Assembly: GCA_012513065.1 (NCBI GenBank)
Contig: JAAZCX010000064.1
Coordinates: forward strand, 4,046-68,045
DNA: 64,000 nt
Origin: Clostridiaceae bacterium
Lineage (GTDB): Bacteria > Bacillota > Clostridia > TANB77 > CAG-508
Direction: 5' to 3'
Shown here in pieces: positions 31,946-40,836 of this stretch; within the stretch, counting starts at the first letter, position 1, and each line of letters opens with the position of its first letter. The position numbers were made by a program, and so were the translations under genes. The notes beneath the pieces were generated by a model. That model was not told the DNA's origin, made no database searches, and worked only from the letters and a program-made list of their open reading frames with translations.

Positions 31946-34306
31946 ATGAAATCATCAGAAGAAGTGATAGATATTAAATCAGGTTTAACAACTAAACAAG
32001 TAGAAGAAAGAATAGAGAAGAATCTAGTAAATATAGATACAACATTACCAACTAAAAGTATAAAACAAATTTTAAAAGAAAATTTTTTAACATTATTTAA
32101 TTTCTTAAATCTGTTTTTAGCAATAGCGGTATTTTGTGTAGGATCATATAAAAATATGTTATTCTTAGGAATTGTTATTATAAATACAGCAATAAGCACA
32201 TTTCAAGAAATAAATTCAAAAAAAATGGTAGATAAATTAGCAGTATTAGCAGAAGCAAAAGCTACGGTAATTAGAGATGGAATAAAACAAAAAATTTCAA
32301 TACATAAATTAGTATTAGATGATATTATAGAAATGCAAGCAGGAAATCAAATAGCAACAGATAGTATAATAGAAGAAGGAGAAGTAGAAGTAGATGAATC
32401 GTTTTTAACAGGTGAATCAGATTCTATATATAAGAAAAAAGGTGACTTAATATTATCGGGAAGTATTATAATTTCAGGTAATTGTATAGCAAAAGTAAAA
32501 CATATTGGAGAAGAAAATTATACAGCAAAAATTTCAAGTGGGGCAAAATATGTAAAAAAAGTAAAATCAGAAATAATGAAATCACTTTCTAAAATAATAG
32601 GTATACTTACAATTGCTATAATACCTATAGGAATATTATTATTTAGTAATCAATATTTTATTTTAAAATTTACATTAGAGGAATCTGTTGTAAAAACTGT
32701 AGCAGCAATGATAGGAATGATTCCAGAAGGATTAGTATTACTTACAAGTACAGTTTTAGCAGTTAGCGTAATAAGATTATCAAAAAGAAAAGTATTAGTA
32801 CAAGAATTATATTGTATTGAAACATTAGCTAGAGTTGATACTTTGTGTTTAGACAAAACAGGAACATTAACTGAAGGAAAAATGGAAGTAGTAAAATATA
32901 ATGAACAAGAAAGTACAAAACAAGAATTTGAGAATGCAATGAAGAATTTTGCATCTTCATCTCAAGATTCAAATAGTACAATTCTAGCAATTAAAGAAAA
33001 ATTTGAAAAAAATAATAAAGATGAACTAGTTAAAATTAAAAGTAAAATACCGTTTTCTTCTCAAACAAAATGGTCTGCACTTACATATGAAAATGAGGAT
33101 ACATACATATTAGGAGCACCTGAAATTGTTTTGGGCAATAAATTTAATGAATATAAAAATAATATAGAAAAAGAATCTGAAGAATATCGTATTTTAGTAT
33201 TAGTAAGTACAAAAGAAAATATAAATAAAAAAGAGATACCAAAAGATATTAAAGTATTTGGATTTGTTTACTTAAGAGATAAGATAAGAAAAGAAGCAAA
33301 AGATACTATTCAATATTTTAAAGATCAAGAAGTAGAAATAAAAATAATTTCAGGAGATAATCCAATTACAGTATCTCAAATTGCAAAACAGGTTGGAATA
33401 CAAGAATATGAAAATTATATAGATGCATCATTATTAAAGACAAAGGAAGAGATAAAAGAAGCAGTATTAAAATATACTATATTTGGAAGAGTAACTCCAA
33501 TACAGAAAAAAGAAATAGTTATAGCATTACAAGAAAACGGAGAAACAGTTGCTATGACAGGTGATGGAGTAAACGATGTTTTAGCATTGAAACAAGCAGA
33601 TTGTAGTATTGCAATGGCAAATGGAAGTGATGCAACAAAAAACGTATCACAACTTATATTATTAGATTCTAATTTTTCTTCTATGCCACAAGTTGTTTTA
33701 GAAGGTAGAAGAACAATAAATAATTTACAAAGATCAGCATCATTATTTTTAGTAAAAACAATGTATTCAGCAATATTGGCAGTAGTATTTTTAATAATAG
33801 GAAGTAAATATCCATTTATGCCTATACAACTTAGTTTAATTAGTACAGTAACAATAGGGATACCTTCATTTTTATTAGCATTAGAACCAAATAGAGAAAA
33901 GGTACAAGGAAGATTTTTAAAGAATATTATAAAAAAAGCAATACCGACTGCAATAACAGTTATCTTATCGATTATAACAATTGCAATAGCTAATAAATTA
34001 GGAAAAATTTCAAATGAAATATATCCAAGTTTATGCGTAATAGCTGCTGGATTTTCAGCAATACTATTATTATTAACATTGACTAGAAAAAGAAAAAATG
34101 AAAATAAAAAATATCCATTTTCAAGATTTAGACTTATATTAACTATTTTTATGTTTATATTATTTATAATAGGATTAACTGCGTTTAGTTGGTGGTTCTC
34201 AATTGCACCTTTAGATATAATGACAAAAGAGATTATAATTATATGTATGGTATGTATAATTGATTTTACAGTATTAAATATATTGATGAATAAAGTATTA
34301 AAATAG
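31946..34306 (+). CDS. cation-translocating P-type ATPase
   Basis: Start taken at ATG 31946 (RBS AAAGGAGA) rather than 31880. Motifs TGES, DKTGTLT and MTGDGVNDVLALKQAD are present. About 10 TM segments. Confidence 0.9.
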   Translation: MKSSEEVIDIKSGLTTKQVEERIEKNLVNIDTTLPTKSIKQILKENFLTLFNFLNLFLAIAVFCVGSYKNMLFLGIVIINTAISTFQEINSKKMVDKLAVLAEAKATVIRDGIKQKISIHKLVLDDIIEMQAGNQIATDSIIEEGEVEVDESFLTGESDSIYKKKGDLILSGSIIISGNCIAKVKHIGEENYTAKISSGAKYVKKVKSEIMKSLSKIIGILTIAIIPIGILLFSNQYFILKFTLEESVVKTVAAMIGMIPEGLVLLTSTVLAVSVIRLSKRKVLVQELYCIETLARVDTLCLDKTGTLTEGKMEVVKYNEQESTKQEFENAMKNFASSSQDSNSTILAIKEKFEKNNKDELVKIKSKIPFSSQTKWSALTYENEDTYILGAPEIVLGNKFNEYKNNIEKESEEYRILVLVSTKENINKKEIPKDIKVFGFVYLRDKIRKEAKDTIQYFKDQEVEIKIISGDNPITVSQIAKQVGIQEYENYIDASLLKTKEEIKEAVLKYTIFGRVTPIQKKEIVIALQENGETVAMTGDGVNDVLALKQADCSIAMANGSDATKNVSQLILLDSNFSSMPQVVLEGRRTINNLQRSASLFLVKTMYSAILAVVFLIIGSKYPFMPIQLSLISTVTIGIPSFLLALEPNREKVQGRFLKNIIKKAIPTAITVILSIITIAIANKLGKISNEIYPSLCVIAAGFSAILLLLTLTRKRKNENKKYPFSRFRLILTIFMFILFIIGLTAFSWWFSIAPLDIMTKEIIIICMVCIIDFTVLNILMNKVLK

Positions 34307-34386
34307 AAAATAGTATTATATTAAATGAAGCTAGAAATATGTATAGTGCAATGTCAGAAAAATTAATTAAATAAAATATAAACTAA

Positions 34387-34415
34387 TCATAATTAAATCT
34401 CTATACGAATACAAT
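34387..34415 (+). promoter_or_regulatory. possible sigma-E-type promoter of spoIIID
   Basis: TCATAATT-13 nt-AATACAAT lies 35 nt upstream of the ATG. It resembles the mother-cell sigma-E consensus as I remember it (ATATT - about 14 nt - CATACAnT). Weak, by eye only. Confidence 0.25.
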
Positions 34416-34450
34416 TAAACAAATGTAATTCGTATGGAGGTTTTGCTTTT

Positions 34451-34566
34451 ATGAGAGGTATATCAATAGAAGAGCGTGCAGTAGAATTAGCACACTACAT
34501 AATAGACTCAAAAGATACAGTAAGAGGAGCAGCTAAGAAATTTGGAATAAGCAAAAGTACAGTACA
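34451..34566 (+). CDS. spoIIID: spoIIID 5' segment (HTH part), interrupted
   Basis: MRGISIEERAVELAHYIIDSKDTVRGAAKKFGISKSTVH aligns with the SpoIIID N-terminus (...KTVRVIAKEFGVSKSTVHKDL...). After 34566 the ORF runs into unrelated sequence and stops at 34636. Confidence 0.85.
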
Positions 34567-34593
34567 CACGGAAGTGAGCAAAGTGGAGATTTT
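34560..34593. repeat. left junction (attL-like): core CAGTACA plus element-side arm CAAAGTGGAGATTTT
   Basis: Core at 34560..34566. The 15-bp arm at 34579..34593 is the exact reverse complement of 45659..45673. Confidence 0.75.
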
Positions 34594-34721
34594 TACAATA
34601 CCGTCAAGTATTGAATTATTAAGGGGGACATGCTAATTTTTTTGATATTTATCTAAAAGAAGAATTTGAAGAGGCTGGTTTAGAAAGTAGAATAGTAGCT
34701 ACTACGAAAAAATTTGTAATT

Positions 34722-35273
34722 ATGCCGATGGTTGGACCTTTGGTTCCGGGATATTTGTTAATAGTACCAAAGGATCATTATTTATCAATTTCACAATTAC
34801 CTAAAGAGCAAGTTGAGGAATTAAAAATAATAAAAGATGAATTACAAAAAGTATTTAACGAAACATATGGAGAGTGTGTATTTTATGAACATGGAGCTTT
34901 ATCATGTTCTTTAAAAGGTGGAAGTTGTTCAGATCATGCTCATTTACATATTGTTGCTGTTAATACAGATGTAAAGGATAAGTTTGCTGATTATGGGTTC
35001 GAATTAAGAAAGATTGATGATTATTCAGAAATAATAAATCAAAAGGAAAAAAATGTACCATATCTTTATTATGAAAATCAAAAAAATGAAATGTTTATGG
35101 CTGATGCACCAGTCGTAGAATCTCAATTTATAAGAAAATTAATTGCAAAAGATATTGATGCAATTGATAGAGCTTTATGGAATGAAAATATAAGAAAAGA
35201 TTGGATGATTGATATAATAAAAAAATTACGTCCTCATTTTGAAGAATTGAAAGGAACGTCAATATGGGAATAA
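34722..35273 (+). CDS. HIT-family (histidine triad) nucleotide hydrolase/transferase-like protein with a C-terminal extension
   Basis: PGYLLIVPKDH and the triad DHAHLHIV. The frame is open from 34623 with HIT-like sequence (FFDIYLKEEFEEAGLESRIVATTKKFVIMP), so the true start is probably ATG 34630, which is out of frame by one base across a T7 run. Confidence 0.7.
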   Translation: MPMVGPLVPGYLLIVPKDHYLSISQLPKEQVEELKIIKDELQKVFNETYGECVFYEHGALSCSLKGGSCSDHAHLHIVAVNTDVKDKFADYGFELRKIDDYSEIINQKEKNVPYLYYENQKNEMFMADAPVVESQFIRKLIAKDIDAIDRALWNENIRKDWMIDIIKKLRPHFEELKGTSIWE

Positions 35274-36212
35274 AACAATTTATTGGTATTAAATGGATAG
35301 ACAATAAACCGAGAATGTTATTTTATAATAATGATGAAAAACAATTAGATTTTGAAGAATGTGAAGGTACTGTATATATAAAAAAATTACAAGAAAAAAG
35401 ATGTAGAGGTTATTATGATTTAGAAAAAAAAGAGATAAAACCTTGTAAAAAATATGTAGATTTAACTCGGAACAATGTTTTCTCAATGTAAGGAATGTCA
35501 AAGCAGTTCTGGATTTGATTTATGTTTAGGATGTACAGGAGATAATTGCAGAACAATTAGTGATAAGGCAAAAAAATTTTGTAATGAAGAGCATCATGTA
35601 TATTTAGCTTATTTTGCAAATGATAAATTAAAAGTTGGGACTGCAGCTAGTTATAGAAGATATGAAAGATTATTAGAACAAGGGGCTTTGTATTCGATTT
35701 TTTTAGCTAAAGTGCCTAGTGGAAAACTAGCAAGAAAAATTGAAAGTGAAATTTCAAAATTAGGTATTACAACAAGAGTAAATTCATCTTATAAAATAAG
35801 TAATTTTGTTATAACTAGAAATCAAGATGAAATAAATAATATACTTATGAATGAATATGAAAATATACTAAGGAAAATGGATGAAAAGTATAAAAAATTC
35901 TTTATAAGGCCAGAATACAATAATTTTACAAGAATATCAGATGCTGTAAAAAATAGTTTAATAGAAGAAAATAGACAACTAAATCTTTTCGGAGAAATGG
36001 AACAACCTGAAAGTAAAGAGTATAGTAAAGTAGTAAAACCTGAAAGTGTTAGAGGAAATATAAGAGCAGTTGTAGGTAGTTTAATGCTAATAGAAAAAGA
36101 TAAAGAGTATTCTGTGATAAATATGAAGAATTTAGAAGGTTATGTAGTAAATTTTGATAGAAAGTTAGAGGAATTAGATAAAGATGAATGCTTTGATAAA
36201 GGCGGAAGATAG
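35264..36212 (+). CDS. Cys-rich protein resembling DUF2797, frame break at in-frame CGG 35468..35470
   Basis: ORF-track pieces 35264..35491 and 35475..36212 belong together. After the junction ...CKKYVDLT|GTMFSQCKECQSSSGFDLCLGCTGDNC comes HHVYLAYFANDKLKVGTA.... The family assignment is from memory only. Confidence 0.55.
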
Positions 36213-37038
36213 AGAACAAATAAGTAAATATGGTAAATTAAAAGGTTGGGATATTTGCAATAGTTTAGGATTACAATCTTTTGGAAATGTATATATTATG
36301 AATGATTATATAGATATAGAAGATCAAAAGATTAAAGAGATTTTTGGTGAAGAACCATTACTATGTAGAACAGATGCTCCAATAGGACAAGGATATAAAA
36401 TGATTAGAGGAAGAGATGTAAAACTTAAAGATATTAATAATTACATGAAAGAAGTGAAACAATGTACTGAAGATGGAGTAATACTTGTAGCTAAACATCC
36501 ATCAACGGTATTAACAGGACATTATGTACCAAGATATAAAACTGATGGAGCGGTAATGATTGTTTTTGAGAAGAATACAAGAATATTAATCGATTATGTA
36601 GGAGCAGGTTTTGATGTTGGAGATATAACAAGAGGAAAAGCTATTCACACTGCTATAGAAATTCCATGGAATAGTATATATGAAAAACCAATACATAATT
36701 ATAGATATTCAGGTATAATGGGAGAACAACGATTTCAAATTTCAGATATACAGTATGAAGTTTCTAGAAAAAATAGAATTAAAGAATTGACAGACAACTT
36801 AAAAGAAAGTGATAAGGAAGCAATAATTAATTCTATACCTACTAAAACTCCAAAATTAGATTATGCATTGTTTGAAAAAGTCTATACAGAGTGTATTGAT
36901 AAAGTAATATATGGTAAACCACAAACAAGTGATAAGCCATATGGAATTATGCTTAATATTTATGGTGATAAATTTTGTGTATTTGAGGTATGGAATATTG
37001 AAAGATCTATACAAAAAGATATAGAGTTAGAAAAATAA
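36184..37038 (+). CDS. hypothetical protein (284 aa), translationally coupled to the upstream gene
   Basis: Overlaps the preceding stop by 29 nt. No family recognised. LLCRTDAPIGQG and IDYVGAGFDVGDITRGK faintly recall a PPDK-N/ATP-grasp-type nucleotide-binding domain (speculative). Confidence 0.55.
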   Translation: MNALIKAEDREQISKYGKLKGWDICNSLGLQSFGNVYIMNDYIDIEDQKIKEIFGEEPLLCRTDAPIGQGYKMIRGRDVKLKDINNYMKEVKQCTEDGVILVAKHPSTVLTGHYVPRYKTDGAVMIVFEKNTRILIDYVGAGFDVGDITRGKAIHTAIEIPWNSIYEKPIHNYRYSGIMGEQRFQISDIQYEVSRKNRIKELTDNLKESDKEAIINSIPTKTPKLDYALFEKVYTECIDKVIYGKPQTSDKPYGIMLNIYGDKFCVFEVWNIERSIQKDIELEK

Positions 37039-37053
37039 CTCTATATCTTTTTG

Positions 37054-37458
37054 TTATAACCAATTATTATCAAATAGTACTTGTTTTGTGATTTCACTTA
37101 ATTTACCAGCATCATCTAGTTGCTTTATTTCTTCTTTGGAATAAAATCTGGCATTTTTTAAATCAGTTGCAGAATGAATAGAATTACTTTCGTATTTTGC
37201 TGACCAATATATAATTATTCGATGTTCATCTGGTTGATTAATAATTTGATATGTTTTTAATTGTTGAATATTTGAAATATTTAATCCTGTTTCCTCCATA
37301 ACCTCTCGTTTTACGGTATCTTCCATATTTTCAAATAATTCTATACCTCCACCGGGAGTTATTACCTTACCTTTATTTGGTTCTTTATCTCTGATTCCAA
37401 GCAGTAATTTATTATTATGTTGGATTAATACTGAACAACCTACGCGTATATTATTCAT
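37054..37458 (-). CDS. Nudix hydrolase
   Basis: Nudix box GGGIELFENMEDTVKREVMEETGL. Convergent with the HIT operon and shares the hairpin at 37020..37050. Confidence 0.9.
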   Translation of the reverse strand: MNNIRVGCSVLIQHNNKLLLGIRDKEPNKGKVITPGGGIELFENMEDTVKREVMEETGLNISNIQQLKTYQIINQPDEHRIIIYWSAKYESNSIHSATDLKNARFYSKEEIKQLDDAGKLSEITKQVLFDNNWL

Positions 37459-37563
37459 AACATGACCTCCTATATGTTAAAGAATATAATAGATTAAATA
37501 TTTTGTCAATTTATTAACAAAATATTTAATCTGTGATATAATTACGACGAAAGAAGGGAAAGT

Positions 37564-38717
37564 ATGGAAATATATTTAGATAATAGTGCAACAACAAAAA
37601 TGGATGAAGAGGTTTTAAATACAATGATTCCGTATATGGTAGAAAATTATGGAAATCCTTCATCAGCTTATAAAATAGGTAGGCAAAATAGAAAAAAATC
37701 GAAAAAGTAAGAGAACAAGTAGCTAAAATATTAAATGCAAATCCAGAAGAAATTTATTTTACAAGCGGTGGAAGTGAATCTGATAATACAGCAATAAAAG
37801 GTATAGCATATGCAAATCAAAAAAAAGGAAAACATATTATTACAAGCAAAATAGAACATCCTGCGGTATTAGATACTTGCAAGGAATTAGAAAGACAAGG
37901 ATTCGATATCACTTATATTAATGTTAATAAAAATGGAATTATAGATATAGAAGAATTAGAATCAAAAATAAAAGAAGATACGATTTTAATATCAGTTATG
38001 TTTGCAAACAATGAAATAGGTACGATTCAACCAATAAATGAAATAGGAAAAATTGCTAAAAAACATAAGGTTGCATTTCATACAGATTGTGTTCAAGCAA
38101 TAGGAAATATAAAAATTGATGTTAAAGAAATGAGAATAGATTCGTTATCATTGTCAGCTCATAAATTTTATGGACCAAAAGGCATAGGAATCTTATATGT
38201 TAGAGATGGAATAAATTTTAGAAAGTTTATAAATGGAGGACATCAAGAACAAAACAAAAGAGCTGGTACTGAAAACGTGCCAGGAATAGTTGGATTGGGA
38301 AAAGCATTAGAACTTGCTAATAACAAATTAGAAAAGAATAATAAATATGTTTATGAATTAAGGCAATATATGATAAATGAATTAGTAAATAGAATAGGAG
38401 ATATAAAAATAAATGGTGATTTAGAAAAAAGATTGCCAGGAAATATTAGTGTTTCATTAAAAGGAGTGGAAGCAGATAATATATTAACTGAATTAGATAG
38501 TAAAGAAATATATATTTCGACAGGAAGTGCTTGTACGACGGGAAGTATAGAATCTTCACATGTCTTAAAAGCGATAGGCTTAACAGATACTGAAGCTCAT
38601 AGTACGATTAGAATATCTATAGGCAAGAATAATACAAAAGAAGAAATTGATATTGTTATAAAAGAATTGGAAAGAATAGTAAAAAAATTAAGAAAATTAT
38701 CAGTATTATATAATTAA
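37564..38717 (+). pseudogene. NifS/IscS-type cysteine desulfurase, frame break in an A7 run at 37692..37698
   Basis: 37564.. reads [45 protein letters not shown]. The -1 frame continues [35 protein letters not shown]...SLSAHKFYGPKGIGILY...GSACTTGSIESSHVL to 38717. Confidence 0.85.
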
Positions 38718-38791
38718 AATATAAACTTTTTAGAGTACAGGATTTTCAACTTAAAATATATTTAGTGTGAGTCAAAAAAAGGAGTGATTAT

Positions 38792-39070
38792 ATGACAGAT
38801 GCTCAAATTATTGCTATAATAGAAGAAACACTTAAACAAAAGATAGCACAAAATACAGATTTTATAAGATACTCTTATTTTGAAATTAATGTGAAATATA
38901 ATTTTACGGAAGAAGATAAAAGAAAATTTATGTTTTTTATAAGAAATAAACTAGAAAATATGAATTATATAATGTATATTGAAGGAGAAAAATATATATT
39001 TAATGATAAAGAGTATACAGTAGGAACAAATGAATCAATAATTGCAATAAGAAAAAAAGATAGGATGTAA
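38792..39070 (+). CDS. hypothetical protein (92 aa)
   Basis: ORF with RBS AAAGGAG. No family recognised. Confidence 0.45.
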   Translation: MTDAQIIAIIEETLKQKIAQNTDFIRYSYFEINVKYNFTEEDKRKFMFFIRNKLENMNYIMYIEGEKYIFNDKEYTVGTNESIIAIRKKDRM

Positions 39071-39073
39071 ATT

Positions 39074-39277
39074 ATGGGATTATTTAATGAAGAGAATATA
39101 AAAAGATTAAGTAAAGCGGGTATCCATGCAAAAACAGATAAAGATTATTCTGATGGAGAAAAAGAAAGAATGAATTATGAGTTATATGACTATATATATA
39201 GTCATAGTACAAAAAATAATGATATTCCAAATTTATTGTTAGAATATACAGAAGAATTAAATAAGTTAAGAAAATGA
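39074..39277 (+). CDS. hypothetical protein (67 aa)
   Basis: Starts 4 nt after the preceding stop. No family recognised. Confidence 0.4.
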   Translation: MGLFNEENIKRLSKAGIHAKTDKDYSDGEKERMNYELYDYIYSHSTKNNDIPNLLLEYTEELNKLRK

Positions 39278-39392
39278 AAAAATAGGAAATATATGTTAAA
39301 AAATAGAATATTTTGTGAAATAATTTTATTGTAAAGATAAAAAAACTATGTTATACTAAAAAACAAATAAAACACTTATTTAAAGAGGAAAA

Positions 39393-39842
39393 ATGGAAGA
39401 TATAATCGGTAAATTTGTAAAAATATATAAAAAATATGAAGAAATATTATTATATTTAATAATGGGATTTTTGGCAACTATTGTAAGTTTAGTGGTAAAG
39501 TGGGGAATGCTATATACTTTTTTAACACCTGAAAATGGAGTGCACGTGCAAATAGCAGTTATTTCCTCTTGGATTATAGCTTGTTTATTTGCATACGTTA
39601 CTAACAGAAAGTTTGTATTTAAGAGTAAATCAAATAAAATTTTAGAAGAACTTTCTAAATTTATGGGAGCAAGAATTTTCACATTATTAGTTGAAATGCT
39701 AATAATGTATATATTTGTGACTTTACTTCAAATGAATAGTGATATTTGGGTTTTAATTTGGACAATAATATCTCAAATTTTAGTTATAATACTTAACTAC
39801 ATATTTAGTAAGTTATTTATATTTAAGAAAAAAACGATATAG
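39393..39842 (+). CDS. GtrA-family membrane protein (polyisoprenol-sugar flippase-like)
   Basis: 149 aa with 4 TM segments. YLIMGFLATIVSLVVKW...NRKFVFKSK... is typical of GtrA-like proteins. Lies upstream of a GT2 gene. Confidence 0.75.
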   Translation: MEDIIGKFVKIYKKYEEILLYLIMGFLATIVSLVVKWGMLYTFLTPENGVHVQIAVISSWIIACLFAYVTNRKFVFKSKSNKILEELSKFMGARIFTLLVEMLIMYIFVTLLQMNSDIWVLIWTIISQILVIILNYIFSKLFIFKKKTI

Positions 39843-39873
39843 TTGATAGATAAAGAAGGAGTGGAAATTATTA

Positions 39874-40824
39874 ATGAAAAAAATATCTATTATTATTCCA
39901 GCGTATAATGAAGAAGAAGAATTACCGCTTTTATACGAAAGACTAAATAAACTAATGAATGAAATAAAAAAATATGAATTTGAAGTATTATTTGTAAATG
40001 ATGGAAGTAAAGATAGAACAATAAAAATAATAAAAGAGTTAAGAAATAAAGATGAAAGAATATGCTATGTTGACTTTTCAAGAAATTTTGGAAAAGAGAT
40101 AGCAATGTTAGCTGGTCTTGATTATGCAAAGGGCGATGCAGTAATATTTATGGACGCAGATCTTCAAGATCCACCAGAATTAATTCCAGAACTTATAAAG
40201 TATTGGGAAGAAGGATACGATGATGTCTATGCAAGAAGAAAAAGCAGAAAAGGTGAAACTTGGCTAAAAAAATTTACTTCAAAAATGTATTATAAAGTAT
40301 TACAAAGTTTAACAAGAGTTGAAATACAAAAAGATACAGGAGATTTCAGATTACTTGACAGAAGATGTGTAAATGCATTAAAAAGATTAAGAGAAAACAG
40401 CAGAAATTCAAAGTCAATGTTTAGTTGGATTGGATATAAGAAAAAAGAAGTATTATATGACAGAGATCCAAGAATAGCAGGAAAAACAAAATGGAATTAT
40501 AAAAAATTAATAGATTTAGCAATTGATGGAATTACATCTTTTACAACATCACCATTAAGGATTTCAACTTATTTATCGATTCCAACATTTATAATGCTAT
40601 TCATATATTTTATTTATGTAATAGTAAAATGGATTAAAACAGGAGTGTTTATAGAAGCATTCCAAGTAACTATTTTACTTATATTATTCTTCTCTGGAAT
40701 ACAAATATTATTATTTGGTATTATAGGAGAATATTTAGGAAGAATATTTAATGAAACAAAAAATAGACCATTATATTTTGTTAATGAATATAATGGAGAA
40801 AAAGAATTAAACGATAAAATATAA
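39874..40824 (+). CDS. family-2 glycosyltransferase (GtrB/DPM1-like polyprenyl-phosphate sugar synthase) with C-terminal TM pair
   Basis: ISIIIPAYNEEE, FVNDGSKD, FMDADLQDPPE, and two C-terminal TM helices. Confidence 0.9.
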   Translation: MKKISIIIPAYNEEEELPLLYERLNKLMNEIKKYEFEVLFVNDGSKDRTIKIIKELRNKDERICYVDFSRNFGKEIAMLAGLDYAKGDAVIFMDADLQDPPELIPELIKYWEEGYDDVYARRKSRKGETWLKKFTSKMYYKVLQSLTRVEIQKDTGDFRLLDRRCVNALKRLRENSRNSKSMFSWIGYKKKEVLYDRDPRIAGKTKWNYKKLIDLAIDGITSFTTSPLRISTYLSIPTFIMLFIYFIYVIVKWIKTGVFIEAFQVTILLILFFSGIQILLFGIIGEYLGRIFNETKNRPLYFVNEYNGEKELNDKI

Positions 40825-40836
40825 AGGGAGTTTTTA

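Noticed and set aside
34451-34636. Treating the 61-aa ORF as a complete small HTH gene
   Set aside because: Similarity to SpoIIID stops exactly at the CAGTACA core, and the missing SpoIIID C-terminus is found in frame at 45688..45838. The ORF is therefore a truncated 5' segment with an element-encoded tail.
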